DNA from: an uncultured Erysipelotrichaceae bacterium
GTDB lineage: Bacteria > Bacillota_I > Bacilli_A > RFN20 > CAG-826
Assembly (NCBI GenBank): GCA_900317165.1
Contig: ONFU01000009.1
Span: forward strand, 1 to 63,887
Length of the DNA: 63,887 bases
Direction of reading: 5' to 3'
The notes under the pieces are model-generated. The model was not told the origin of the DNA. It saw only the letters and a program-made list of their open reading frames with translations, and did not search any database. Position numbers and translations under genes: made by a program. Shown one piece after another: positions 46,498 through 56,561 of this stretch. Position 1 is the stretch's first letter; every line of letters begins with the position of its first letter.

Positions 46498-47762
46498 AAG
46501 ACCTTTCGATAACCTTCATGGGGGTTAAGTTCCCCAATCCATTCTGCCTATCTTCGTCTCCAGTTGGAAATTGCTATGACATGTGCGCCAAAGCCTATGA
46601 ATCAGGCTGGGGTGGTGTCGTTTTCAAGACAATTGGGCCAGCCCATTACCTAATTGATGAGGTTTCCCCTCGCTTTGACGCCTTGGCAAAAGAAGGGGAG
46701 CCATTCGTCGGTTTTAAGAACATGGAACAAATCGCTGAACATTCTCTTGAAGAGAATCTTGCCGATTTGAGAAAACTAAAGAAGAACTACCCCGATAAAG
46801 TCCTTATTGCCTCCATCATGGGGAGTAACGAAAAGGATTGGGAAGAGCTTGCTAGACTCGTCACCGAGGCCGGCGCGGATATGATCGAACTTAATTTCTC
46901 CTGCCCGCAGATGACAAGCCACGCGATGGGAAGCGACGTTGGTTCAAACCCTGAGTTATGCAAGAAGTACTGCGAGGCCGTTAGGCGTTCGACCAAACTT
47001 CCGTTCATGGCCAAGATGACCCCAAACGTCACCGATATGTGTGTTCCTGCCCTTGCTTCTTTAGAAGGCGGGGCAGACGGTATCTCCGCGATCAACACCA
47101 TTAAATCAATCATCAATCTTGATCTTAACCAGAAGGTTGGCCTTCCAATCATCGATGGAAAGTCCTCGATTTCCGGTTATTCAGGCAAAGCCGTGAAACC
47201 TGTTGCGTTGCGCTTTATTGCCCAAATGGCCAATAACCCGAAGATGAAGGGCGTCCAGATTTCTGGAATCGGCGGAATCGAAACCTGGGAGGATGCCGCG
47301 GAATTCATTCTCCTTGGGGCGAGAAACCTTCAAGTCACCACCGCCATTATGCAATACGGTTACCGTATCGTCGAAGACCTATGCGAAGGCCTTAGCTTCT
47401 ACATGGAAGAACAAGATGTTGATTTCTTGGAAGAACTTGTTGGCTTAGCCAATAAAAACATCATTCCAGCGGAAGAATTGAACCGCGATTACATAGTCTA
47501 CCCAGAAATCGATAACGATAAGTGTGTCGGCTGTGGAAGATGCGTTATCTCTTGCTATGATGGAGCCCATCAAGCCATGGAATGGAATGAGGAGACCCGT
47601 AGGCCAAATTGCAACCACGATAAGTGCGTCGGTTGTCTTCTCTGCGGCCTAGTCTGCCCAGTCCATGCGATCAACCTTGGTGAGAGAAAGCTCAAAAAAG
47701 GAAGGAAGCCACTTGATTTCAAGAGGGTGAAAGTCCAAAAGAGTTTTGACAAGATTTCCTAA
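46494..47762 (+). CDS. preA: Dihydropyrimidine dehydrogenase subunit PreA (DHODH-like TIM barrel plus 2x[4Fe-4S])
   Basis: ATGA overlap with pre[12 protein letters not shown], and C-terminal [11 protein letters not shown] and [12 protein letters not shown]. Confidence 0.8.
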   Translation: MKDLSITFMGVKFPNPFCLSSSPVGNCYDMCAKAYESGWGGVVFKTIGPAHYLIDEVSPRFDALAKEGEPFVGFKNMEQIAEHSLEENLADLRKLKKNYPDKVLIASIMGSNEKDWEELARLVTEAGADMIELNFSCPQMTSHAMGSDVGSNPELCKKYCEAVRRSTKLPFMAKMTPNVTDMCVPALASLEGGADGISAINTIKSIINLDLNQKVGLPIIDGKSSISGYSGKAVKPVALRFIAQMANNPKMKGVQISGIGGIETWEDAAEFILLGARNLQVTTAIMQYGYRIVEDLCEGLSFYMEEQDVDFLEELVGLANKNIIPAEELNRDYIVYPEIDNDKCVGCGRCVISCYDGAHQAMEWNEETRRPNCNHDKCVGCLLCGLVCPVHAINLGERKLKKGRKPLDFKRVKVQKSFDKIS

Positions 47763-47856
47763 AATCCGTTAAAGACATACATGCGTTTTCACTTAATGTT
47801 AAGCCCATGAAAGAACAACTTTGCGTGGGCATAGCGTAAGTGTAAGCGCATTTTTC

Positions 47857-47884
47857 TTGTATTGCTTTTCCTTAAGCATACAAT
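47857..47884 (+). promoter_or_regulatory. Candidate promoter for the MATE gene (very short or no leader)
   Basis: TTGTAT (47857-47862), 16-nt spacer, TACAAT (47879-47884). ATG is 9 nt downstream with no SD. Confidence 0.45.
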
Positions 47885-47893
47885 TACGCCGCT

Positions 47894-49339
47894 ATGGAAA
47901 AAGAAGGCGGCAAAAAGCGATTCTCCCTGTTTGAATCAGTTGATATGACAACTGGTAATCTTTTCCTCAAGATCGGCCTTTTTGCCTTGCCTATTGCTTT
48001 GACGGTCGTCATGCAATTGCTTTATACAACCGTCGACCTCATCACCGTCCATTATGGCGATTCCGCGGAATCCATGGGAGCGATTGCTTCAAATACCGCT
48101 TTGATAAACCTCATCGTCGTTGTCTTTACCAATATCTCCTTGGGGGCTAACGTCGTTTTGGCCCAGGCTAGGGGAGCAGGGGAAAAGGAAAAAGCGGAAA
48201 AGGTGATGCATACCTCGATTATTTTTGCTTTGATTTCAGGAATTGCGGTAGGCGTGTTAGGGTTTTTCATTTCTGATGACCTTTTGCGAATGATGGGAAC
48301 GGAAGCCCATTACTTAGAAAAGGCCACCCTTTATCTTAAACTTTACTTCACGGGTCTCCCCTTTTTGATGCTTTATAACTACGAAGCCCAACTTTTAAGA
48401 GCCCAAGGCGATTCCCAAACCCCGTTCTTCGTTTTGATGATCGCTGGTATTATTAACGTCGGTTTCGACTGCTTGTTCGTTTTCCCTCTTCATATGGGCG
48501 TTGCCGGAGTAGCGGTTGCTACTGTCATCTCTCAAGGGGTCTCAGCTGTTCTTTGCTTCCTTTCCCTATTGCTATCAAAAAAGCACTACGTTTCCCTATA
48601 TTTTAGGAAATTCCGTATCGATGGAAAAATTCTTGGTGAAGTAGTTAAAGTCGGATTACCTGCTGGTTTACAGGGCTTTTTCTTCTCTTTGCCCAACGTT
48701 TTCATCCAATCGAGCCTTTACACGATTGACCCGGGGAACGAACAACTAGAAAACGGCGCCATCGCCTCAAGCAACATTGAAGGGTACATCTATGCAGGTG
48801 TTGAGGGCCTTACCAGCGCGGTTATGAGCTTTATCTCCCAAAACTACGGCGCCAAGAAACCCGAGAACATAAAAAAGACCCTTTGGTATGGCTTGATATG
48901 GGTAACCATGTATTGGGGTTTGGCTTGTGTGGTCACTGCTTTTAGCTACAGGGGTTTGTTAAGTTTGTTCGTTGATACCGAAGAAGCCATTGAGGCGGGA
49001 CGTCAACGACTGTTCCTTATGGCGTTCACTTACGTCCTCGATGGAACGATGATTATCACGGGTGGAGCATTGCGAGGTATGCGACATTCAACCTTCCCAA
49101 TGCTTACGACTTTGGTTTTCTGCGCTCTTTTCAGAATTATTTTCCTAAGGACGCTTTTCCGAGTCGATATGTTCCATACCTTGTTTTGGCTTTATGCCTG
49201 CTTCCCTATCTCATGGGTTTTAGCAACAATCTCGAACGCTATCGCCTTGATTTATTTCATGCCTAGAGAATGCAAAAAACTTGAACAGACTACGATAGAA
49301 GCAGAGACTGCAGACTCGCGCTCTTCCGAAGCCAAGTGA
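47894..49339 (+). CDS. MATE-family efflux transporter
   Basis: 481 aa, 12-TM pattern, typical N-terminus LFLKIGLFALPIALTVVMQLLYTTVDL. Confidence 0.85.
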   Translation: MEKEGGKKRFSLFESVDMTTGNLFLKIGLFALPIALTVVMQLLYTTVDLITVHYGDSAESMGAIASNTALINLIVVVFTNISLGANVVLAQARGAGEKEKAEKVMHTSIIFALISGIAVGVLGFFISDDLLRMMGTEAHYLEKATLYLKLYFTGLPFLMLYNYEAQLLRAQGDSQTPFFVLMIAGIINVGFDCLFVFPLHMGVAGVAVATVISQGVSAVLCFLSLLLSKKHYVSLYFRKFRIDGKILGEVVKVGLPAGLQGFFFSLPNVFIQSSLYTIDPGNEQLENGAIASSNIEGYIYAGVEGLTSAVMSFISQNYGAKKPENIKKTLWYGLIWVTMYWGLACVVTAFSYRGLLSLFVDTEEAIEAGRQRLFLMAFTYVLDGTMIITGGALRGMRHSTFPMLTTLVFCALFRIIFLRTLFRVDMFHTLFWLYACFPISWVLATISNAIALIYFMPRECKKLEQTTIEAETADSRSSEAK

Positions 49340-49424
49340 TTAAGGAATTACGATACCCCTGGTCTCCGGCCATAGCCCCCCTTGAAAGGGTCCGGTCCTG
49401 GGGGTATCATAAAGATGGGTTTTA

Positions 49425-49454
49425 GGGACCGACTATTCGTCGGCCCTTTTATTT
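49425..49454 (+). terminator. Intrinsic terminator downstream of the MATE gene
   Basis: GGGACCGAC-TATTC-GTCGGCCC followed by TTTTATTT. Confidence 0.7.
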
Positions 49455-49793
49455 ACCACCTATGGGGGAACAGCGTCCCTAACAGCAGCAGGGCCGCGAG
49501 CAGGATCCTCAGCGCCGCTTTCGCGATCGCCTCGGGCCACCCTGGCCTCCCGTGCGTCTTCGGCACGCCGTATTCCTCCTTTCCTCCCGCGCCTAGGGAA
49601 CGTCGTCCAGAGGGCTTCGCGCGGATTGACGGGGGTTGGAAATACATCCCAGATCTCTTCAATCATGGAAATGTCCTCCTACTTAACTATTAGTGGGAAA
49701 AACCGAAAATTGGCTCAGATTTTTAAAAAATTTTTTGAGAAATCGTTTTTTTAACTGTACAACCTTTAGGTTGAAGTTTTTGATAAAAAATCC

Positions 49794-49822
49794 TTGCGTC
49801 GGTCCATATATACGCGTATCAT
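49794..49822 (+). promoter_or_regulatory. Candidate promoter for rplKA
   Basis: TTGCGT (49794-49799), 17-nt spacer, TATCAT (49817-49822), followed by a leader of about 100 nt containing the hairpin GGGCC-UAGGUGAA-GGCCC. Confidence 0.5.
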
Positions 49823-49924
49823 ATGCAACGCTTGCGAAAATTGCGTAAGCATTATGCGTGGGAGGGCCTAGGTGAAGGCCCACGAACACCACTGCATGAT
49901 CTTCAACCGAAAGGAGAAACCATC

Positions 49925-50332
49925 ATGAGAAAGAAAATCACCAAAGTCGTCAAGATGGAGTTGCCAGGCGGCAACGCCCATCCGGGACCTAAGCTAGCTT
50001 CCGCTGGCGTCAACATGGCTAAGTTCTGCACCGATTTCAATGCTCAAACCGGCGACAGGAAAGGCCAGACCGTTCCCGTCATCATCACCGCCTACGAAGA
50101 CAAGTCCTACGACTTCGTCATCAAGACCTCCCCGGTCGCTGAGTTGATCCTCAAGGCCGCCGGTCTACCAAAAGGCAGCGGCAGCGCCAAGCAGGTCGTC
50201 GGTTCCATCACCGATGCCCAGCTCACCGAAATCGCGACCTACAAGCTTCCAGACCTCAACACCGATGATGTTGATGCCGCCAAGAAGATCGTCGCCGGAA
50301 CCTGCCGTCAAATGGGTATCGCCATCAAGTAA
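49925..50332 (+). CDS. rplK: 50S ribosomal protein L11
   Basis: ATG at 49925 after AAAGGAG. KITKVVKMELPGGNAHPGPKLASAGVNMAKFCTDFN. The track start at 49823 is an over-extension. Confidence 0.95.
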   Translation: MRKKITKVVKMELPGGNAHPGPKLASAGVNMAKFCTDFNAQTGDRKGQTVPVIITAYEDKSYDFVIKTSPVAELILKAAGLPKGSGSAKQVVGSITDAQLTEIATYKLPDLNTDDVDAAKKIVAGTCRQMGIAIK

Positions 50333-50346
50333 TCGAGGAAACCACC

Positions 50347-51039
50347 ATGAAGAAGTACAGCAAGAAATATCAGGCGGCCCTCGCCAAAGTCGATGCCGAC
50401 AAAATCTATAGCCTCGAAGAAGCGGCCAAGCTCGTCAAAGAGACCTCCGTCACTTCCTTCGACGCCTCTGTTGACGTTAGCTTCAACCTCAACGTCAACC
50501 CAACCCTCGCCGATCAATTGATCCGCGGCACCCTCTCCCTCCCGCACGGAAACGGTAAGGAAAAGAGAATCCTCGTCGTTACCAACGCCAAACAGGAAGA
50601 AGCCAAAGCCGCCGGAGCCGATTTCGTCGGTGGCAAGGAAATCCTCGAGAAAATCCAAACCCAGAACTGGTTTGACTTCGATATCATCGTCGCCACTCCG
50701 GATATGATGGGCGAACTCGGAAAAATGGGCCGTGTCCTCGGTCCAAAAGGCTTGATGCCAAACCCCAAGAGCGGCACCGTTACGATGGATGTCGCGACCG
50801 CCGTCCACGAGATCAAGAAAGGTAAGATCGCTTACCGTGTCGATAAGCATGGCAACCTCGCTATGCCAATCGCCAAGGTCTCCTTCACGGAAGAGAAGCT
50901 TCTCGATAACCTCAAGGCTGTCACCGAAGCCATCCAAAAGGCCCGCCCAAGCTCAGTCAAGGGCACCTACATCGTCTCGGCCGCCATCTCCACCACGATG
51001 GGTCCGGCCATCAAATTCACCTTCCCAGGCCGCAACTAA
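50347..51039 (+). CDS. rplA: 50S ribosomal protein L1
   Basis: 230 aa, SFDASVDVSFNLNVNP..., ATPDMMGELGKMGRVLGPKGLMPNPK. Confidence 0.97.
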   Translation: MKKYSKKYQAALAKVDADKIYSLEEAAKLVKETSVTSFDASVDVSFNLNVNPTLADQLIRGTLSLPHGNGKEKRILVVTNAKQEEAKAAGADFVGGKEILEKIQTQNWFDFDIIVATPDMMGELGKMGRVLGPKGLMPNPKSGTVTMDVATAVHEIKKGKIAYRVDKHGNLAMPIAKVSFTEEKLLDNLKAVTEAIQKARPSSVKGTYIVSAAISTTMGPAIKFTFPGRN

Positions 51040-51204
51040 TCGCGCCTAGGGAACTCCCAAATTTGGTGAAACGCTCACTATACCTAAGATAGCCGGGGGC
51101 ACGTGCCTTAAAAACAACACCCTGCTGAGGCTAGCGGAAAACGCTCACAACTCACTAGTTATAATGCAGCTTCACAATATATCGCAAAGAAAGGAGGTAG
51201 AAAC
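51040..51204 (+). promoter_or_regulatory. rplA-rplJ intergenic leader (possible L10-leader-type element and/or internal promoter)
   Basis: 165-nt gap. Direct repeat AAACGCTCAC at 51069-51078 and 51139-51148. TATAAT at 51160-51165. Assignment is by position only. Confidence 0.3.
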
Positions 51205-51714
51205 ATGAATCAAAAGATTCTCGAGAGCAAAAAGAACACCGTTGCCGAAATCACCAAAGCCTTCGAAGACGCTGGTTCGTTCACCGTCGTTTCCTACCAA
51301 GGACTCACCGTTGCCGAACTCCAGGAACTCCGCAAGAGCCTCGATAAGGCCGGTTCGACATTCACCGTCTACAAGAACACGATGGTTCGTCGCGCCCTCG
51401 CCGAAGCCAACCAGCCGGCGATCGATGACGTTCTCAACGGTCCGAACGCGTTTGTCTTCTCCAAAGAGCTCGGTGCTGGTCCCAAAGCCCTCATCAAGTT
51501 CGCCCGTCGCCACGAAAACCTTGTCGTCAAAGCGGGTATCGCCGAAGGAAAAGTGCTCGATGCCGCTGGAGTCAAGACCATCTCGAACCTACCAGACAAG
51601 AATGGCATGATCTCCATGTTCCTATCGTGCTTGAATGCACCAATTCAGAAATTTGCCGCCACGGTCAAAGCCTTGGCCGACAAAGGAGCTCCTGCAGAAG
51701 GGGCAAACGCCTAA
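51205..51714 (+). CDS. rplJ: 50S ribosomal protein L10
   Basis: SD AAGGAGG. VVSYQGLTVAELQELRKSL.... Confidence 0.95.
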   Translation: MNQKILESKKNTVAEITKAFEDAGSFTVVSYQGLTVAELQELRKSLDKAGSTFTVYKNTMVRRALAEANQPAIDDVLNGPNAFVFSKELGAGPKALIKFARRHENLVVKAGIAEGKVLDAAGVKTISNLPDKNGMISMFLSCLNAPIQKFAATVKALADKGAPAEGANA

Positions 51715-51732
51715 TAATAGGAGGATCACACA

Positions 51733-52110
51733 ATGAAACTTACCAACGAAGAGATCATCTCCGCTCTTAAGGAGATGTCCGTCCTCGAGCTCAATGAGCT
51801 CGTCAAAGCGGTCGAAGCCGAATTCGGTGTCACCGCTGCCGTCGCCGTCGGTGGCCCAGCCCCCGTCGAAGAAGAAGCCGTCGAGGCCAAGGGACCAGCT
51901 GAGGTCTCCCTCGTTCTCAAAGGCCTTGGCACCGGTTCCAAAGTCGCCATCATCAAAGCCGTCCAGGCCATCACCGGTCTTGGCTTGATGGATGCCAAGA
52001 AGCTCGTCGACGCTCTCCCAGCCCCAATCAAGGAGCACATCTCCCCAGTCGAGGCCGAAGGTCACAAGAAGACCCTCGTCGACGCCGGCGCCGAAGTCGA
52101 AATCAAGTAA
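51733..52110 (+). CDS. rplL: 50S ribosomal protein L7/L12
   Basis: SVLELNELVKAVEAEFGV...AIIKAVQAITGLGLMDAKKLVD. Confidence 0.97.
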   Translation: MKLTNEEIISALKEMSVLELNELVKAVEAEFGVTAAVAVGGPAPVEEEAVEAKGPAEVSLVLKGLGTGSKVAIIKAVQAITGLGLMDAKKLVDALPAPIKEHISPVEAEGHKKTLVDAGAEVEIK

Positions 52111-52205
52111 TTTCGCTTCACCCTCAACAACACTTTCACAAACACCCGCTTGGAGGACGTTCCCTCTAGGCGGGGTTTGTGCGCTTTTAGGAGGAATATG
52201 GACCC

Positions 52206-52802
52206 ATGCCGCAATACTTCGATAACATCGACACTTTGAAGCATGCAGATCTTAGTTATTCCTTCTCTCTCCTCGGAGAGGAGTACACCTTCAAAAGCGA
52301 TTTAGGGGTCTTCTGCAAAGATGGCCTTGACGATGGTAGCAGATTGCTGCTTGAAACCATCGCCAAGACCGATCTTGGGAAGAACATACTGGATCTTGGG
52401 GCGGGAGTCGGACCAATCGGACTAATCCTGGCTCACCTCGACCCTAGTCGTTCCGTCACTTTGGCGGATGTCAACGATAGGGCCCTGGACTGCTGTCGAA
52501 AAAACGCCGCATCCCTCGGCGTCGAAGCACAAGTTCAGATCATCCATAGCGACGTCTACTCCAACATTAACTCCACATACCAGACGATCGTTACCAACCC
52601 GCCGATACGGGCTGGAAAGCGCGTCACCTATGCGATGTACGCGGGCGCACCTTCCTATTTATCTAATGGGGGGCGACTGATCATTGTCATTCGTAAACAG
52701 CAGGGGGCCGAATCGGCTGAAAAATACCTGCGAACCCTATTTCCAAAGGTCGAGCGTATCGCCCAAAGGAAAAGCTACCGCGTCATAGTCGCGACAAAAT
52801 AA
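52206..52802 (+). CDS. Class I SAM-dependent methyltransferase, YbxB/RsmC-like
   Basis: ILDLGAGVGPIG and IVTNPPIRAGK. Sits in the conserved position between rplL and rpoB, as in Bacillus. Confidence 0.75.
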   Translation: MPQYFDNIDTLKHADLSYSFSLLGEEYTFKSDLGVFCKDGLDDGSRLLLETIAKTDLGKNILDLGAGVGPIGLILAHLDPSRSVTLADVNDRALDCCRKNAASLGVEAQVQIIHSDVYSNINSTYQTIVTNPPIRAGKRVTYAMYAGAPSYLSNGGRLIIVIRKQQGAESAEKYLRTLFPKVERIAQRKSYRVIVATK

Positions 52803-52814
52803 GGAGAAAATTAC

Positions 52815-55800
52815 ATGCAAGAAGACAAATTCACCCCGATGACCGAATTCAAGAATTACCCGGTCGGCATCAATGGACGTCTAGATTTCTCTAAGATTTC
52901 CGGACGTTTGCCCTTGCCCTATCTATGCGAAATCCAAGTGGATTCCTATCGTTGGTTCCTTGAGAAGGGAATCGACGACGTCCTCCGCGAGGTCTTCCCG
53001 ATCTCGAACTACACGGGGACCCTTTCAATTGACTATTATTCCTGCCGCCTCGAGGAGCCAAAATATAGCCCTCTCGAATGCAAAGCGGGAGACATGACTT
53101 ATTCAAGCAAGCTCAAAGTCAAATTGTTCCTCAAATTCAAGAGCACCGGCGAAATCAAGCAAGCCGAGGTCTACATGGGTGAAATCCCCTTAATGACCGA
53201 ATCCGGCACCTTCATCGTCAACGGTGCCGAACGCGTTATCGTCTCGCAGATCGTCCGTTCCCCTGGCGCTTATGTCCAGGATACCGTCGATAAGAACGGC
53301 ACCCATCTCTATAATGGCGAGATCATCCCAACCCACGGTACTTGGCTACAGTTCGAGACCGACGCCAAGAACATTTCCTACGTCCGTATCGACCGTCAAA
53401 GGAAGATGCCTTCCGTCATCCTTTTCAAGGCCCTTGGCATCGATGACGTCGATAAAATCCGTGAATTGTTCGGCGATAACGAACATATCAACAACACCTT
53501 AAGGAAAGATGAAGACAACAAGAACCAAATCCAGGCCCTTGGTGACATCTTCTCCAAATTGAAACCGGGCGAACCGATCACCGAAGAAGGCCTCCGTACC
53601 TTCCTCATCCAGAAATTCTTCGATGAGAAGCGTTATGACCTTGGCCGTGCCGGACGTTATAAATACCTCCAAAAACTCGGTATCTATAACCGTCTCCCTG
53701 GCCGCGTCCTCGCTGAGCCACTCGTCTCCGCGGAAGGCGAAATCCTCTTCCCAGAAGGCCATAAGCTCACCAAGGAGGAAGTCAACAGCCTCCGCGACGC
53801 CGAAGTCTTCGAGAAAGGCGCCCACACCGAGACCCTTAAAGTCGACACGAAGATCGATGACAATTCGACCGTCAACGTCCTTAAGGTCTACGCCCATGAT
53901 AAGCAGGGCGGAGACGTCGTCCGCATCGTCGGTACCAACCTCAACTGCGGACTCCATCGCGTCACCGTTTCCGACATGGTCGCTTGCTTCTCGTATTTCT
54001 GCAACATCATGGATGGCATCGGAAATACCGATGATATCGACCATCTTGGCAACCGTCGCGTCCGCTGCGTCGGAGAGCTTCTCCAGACCCAGTTCCGCCT
54101 CGGCCTCAACAAGATGAGCAAGACCGTCCAGCAGAAGATGTCCATCTCCGACCTCGAATCGGTCACCTTGCAACAGCTTATCAACATCCGTCCCCTCACG
54201 ACCTCCGTCCGTGGATTCTTCGCCTCTTCCCAGCTCTCGCAGTTCATGGATCAGACGAACCCCCTCGCCGAACTTACCAACAAGCGCCGTATCTCCGCTT
54301 TAGGTCCTGGTGGACTTACCCGTGACCGCGCTTCCATGGAAGTCCGCGACGTCCATTACACCCATTACGGCCGTATCTGCCCAATCGAATCTCCAGAAGG
54401 TCAGAACATCGGTCTTATCAACAACCTTTCCACCTATGCGAAGATCAACCGTTATGGCTTCATTGAGACCCCATACCGTTCCATCTTCCATGATCCGAAG
54501 ACCGGTCGAGCCTTCGTCGCCGAAGAAAAGACCGAATACCTCTCCGCCGATGGCGAAAGGGGCCTATACATCGCCGAAGCCAACATCAAACTCGGCGAGG
54601 TCTGCAAATTGAAGGAAGTCTGGAAAGGCTGCCCGAAGGGCGAAGGCGACCTCCTCGTTAGGGAAATCGTCGACTCCGAAGTCGTCGTCCGTCATGACGA
54701 AGACAACCTCTCCGTCGACCGTTCCCTCGTCGATTTCGTCGACGTCTCGCCGAAGCAGATCGTTTCGATCGCCGCGGCTTGCATCCCCTTCCTCAACCAC
54801 GACGACGCGACCCGTGCTCTCATGGGCGCGAACATGCAACGTCAGGCCTTGCCTCTCCTCCGTCCGTCCATCCCATATGTCGGAACCGGTATGGAGCATG
54901 TCATTGCCAAAGACTCCGGCTTAGCCGTCGTCGCCGTCAATGACGGAACCGTCAAATATGTCGATTCCAGGACCATCGTCGTCCGCGAAGGCAAGGAAAA
55001 CCGCACCTATCAATTGCAGAAATTCGACCGTTCCAACAACGGTACCTGCATCAACCAAACCCCAATCGTCAACGTTGGCGATAAGGTCAAGAAAGACCAG
55101 ATCATCGCGGATGGCCCAGCCATGCGCAATGGCGAGCTCGCCCTTGGCCAAAACATCCTCATCGCCTACATGACATGGAACGGCTACAACTACGAAGACG
55201 CCGTCATCATGAGTGAGAGGATGGTTAAGGAAGATACCTTCACCACCATCCACATCGAGAAATTCGAGTGCGAATGCCGCGACACCAAACTCGGTGCCGA
55301 GACCATCACCCGCGATATTCCAAACGTCGGTGACGAAGCTAAGAAATGGCTCGATGAAGACGGCATCATCATCGAAGGTGCCGAGGTCAAGGAAGGTGAC
55401 ATCCTCGTCGGTAAAGTCACCCCGAAGGGCCAGACCGAACCGACCCCAGAGGAAAAGCTCCTCATGGCCATCTTCGCCGAGAAGACGAAGGAAGGAAAGG
55501 ATTCCTCCCTCCGCGTTCCTCATGGCGGAGCCGGTATCATCCATTCCGTCAAGATCTTCTCCCGTGAGAAGAAGGACCCACTCCCCCCAGGAGTCACCAA
55601 GGTCGTCCGCGTCTATATCGTCCAGAAGAGGAAGATCTCCGAAGGCGATAAGATGTCTGGCCGCCACGGCAACAAGGGCGTCATCTCCAAGATCCTCCCG
55701 GTCGAGGATATGCCATTCCTAGCCGATGGTACCCCAATCGACATCCTCCTCTCCCCGATGGGCGTTCCTTCCCGTATGAACATCGGTCAGATCTTCGAGA

Positions 55801-56543
55801 TCCATTTGGGCCTCGCCTGCAGCAAGCTCCATATGCGCGTTGCGACCCCGGCCTTCGATGGCGTCTCCAACGAGGAAGTCTTCGAAATCATGCAGAAAGC
55901 CGGTATTTCCAAAGACGGAAAGACCGTCCTCTACGATGGCCGCACCGGTGAGCCGTTCGCCGAACGTATCGCCGTCGGTGTGCAATACATGATCAAACTC
56001 GTCCACATGGTCGACGACAAATTGCACGCCCGTGCCACCGGCCCATATTCACTCGTCACCCAGCAGCCTTTAGGCGGTAAAGCCCAAAACGGCGGCCAGC
56101 GTTTCGGTGAAATGGAAGTGTGGGCCCTAGAGGCTTATGGCGCTGCCCATACCCTCCAGGAAATGCTCACCATCAAATCCGATGACCGCGTCGGGCGCCG
56201 CAAGACCTACGAAGCGATCATCAAACAAAACGAGATTCCAAAGCCCGGCATCCCCGAAGCCTTCAAGGTCTTCACCAAGGAACTCAAGGGTCTTTGTATG
56301 AACGTCACCCTCTTCAACCAAGACGGTGAGGAAATCGACACCGACGCCCTCGCGAAGATGTCCCTCATCGAGGAAAGGAAGGTCAATTCCTCCATCCGTT
56401 CCGCGATGGCGCCTCGCGATAATGGCGAAGGCAGCGACGGACCTAACTTCGACGAACCGGCCGTCACGGTCGCCGAAGACCTAGCCGCCGAAGAAGGCCT
56501 CTCGGTTGGATTCAACCCAAGTGGTCTCAACTCTGATGATTAA
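52815..56543 (+). CDS. rpoB: DNA-directed RNA polymerase subunit beta
   Basis: 1242 aa, SQLSQFMDQTNPL, GDKMSGRHGNKGV. Confidence 0.98.
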   Translation: MQEDKFTPMTEFKNYPVGINGRLDFSKISGRLPLPYLCEIQVDSYRWFLEKGIDDVLREVFPISNYTGTLSIDYYSCRLEEPKYSPLECKAGDMTYSSKLKVKLFLKFKSTGEIKQAEVYMGEIPLMTESGTFIVNGAERVIVSQIVRSPGAYVQDTVDKNGTHLYNGEIIPTHGTWLQFETDAKNISYVRIDRQRKMPSVILFKALGIDDVDKIRELFGDNEHINNTLRKDEDNKNQIQALGDIFSKLKPGEPITEEGLRTFLIQKFFDEKRYDLGRAGRYKYLQKLGIYNRLPGRVLAEPLVSAEGEILFPEGHKLTKEEVNSLRDAEVFEKGAHTETLKVDTKIDDNSTVNVLKVYAHDKQGGDVVRIVGTNLNCGLHRVTVSDMVACFSYFCNIMDGIGNTDDIDHLGNRRVRCVGELLQTQFRLGLNKMSKTVQQKMSISDLESVTLQQLINIRPLTTSVRGFFASSQLSQFMDQTNPLAELTNKRRISALGPGGLTRDRASMEVRDVHYTHYGRICPIESPEGQNIGLINNLSTYAKINRYGFIETPYRSIFHDPKTGRAFVAEEKTEYLSADGERGLYIAEANIKLGEVCKLKEVWKGCPKGEGDLLVREIVDSEVVVRHDEDNLSVDRSLVDFVDVSPKQIVSIAAACIPFLNHDDATRALMGANMQRQALPLLRPSIPYVGTGMEHVIAKDSGLAVVAVNDGTVKYVDSRTIVVREGKENRTYQLQKFDRSNNGTCINQTPIVNVGDKVKKDQIIADGPAMRNGELALGQNILIAYMTWNGYNYEDAVIMSERMVKEDTFTTIHIEKFECECRDTKLGAETITRDIPNVGDEAKKWLDEDGIIIEGAEVKEGDILVGKVTPKGQTEPTPEEKLLMAIFAEKTKEGKDSSLRVPHGGAGIIHSVKIFSREKKDPLPPGVTKVVRVYIVQKRKISEGDKMSGRHGNKGVISKILPVEDMPFLADGTPIDILLSPMGVPSRMNIGQIFEIHLGLACSKLHMRVATPAFDGVSNEEVFEIMQKAGISKDGKTVLYDGRTGEPFAERIAVGVQYMIKLVHMVDDKLHARATGPYSLVTQQPLGGKAQNGGQRFGEMEVWALEAYGAAHTLQEMLTIKSDDRVGRRKTYEAIIKQNEIPKPGIPEAFKVFTKELKGLCMNVTLFNQDGEEIDTDALAKMSLIEERKVNSSIRSAMAPRDNGEGSDGPNFDEPAVTVAEDLAAEEGLSVGFNPSGLNSDD

Positions 56544-56561
56544 GGAAAGGAGAACGCAACA

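Noticed and set aside
47763-47893. Riboswitch (e.g. guanidine/ykkC-type) upstream of the MATE transporter
   Set aside because: Only one modest hairpin (GCCCATG...CGTGGGC) is present, with no conserved motif I recognise. A plausible promoter lies 9 nt before the ATG and leaves no room for an aptamer in the transcript.
49382-49693. 103-aa plus-strand ORF in the GC-rich orphan segment
   Set aside because: It has no SD, runs through the plus-strand terminator at 49425-49454, and has GC-driven composition. It is treated as spurious.
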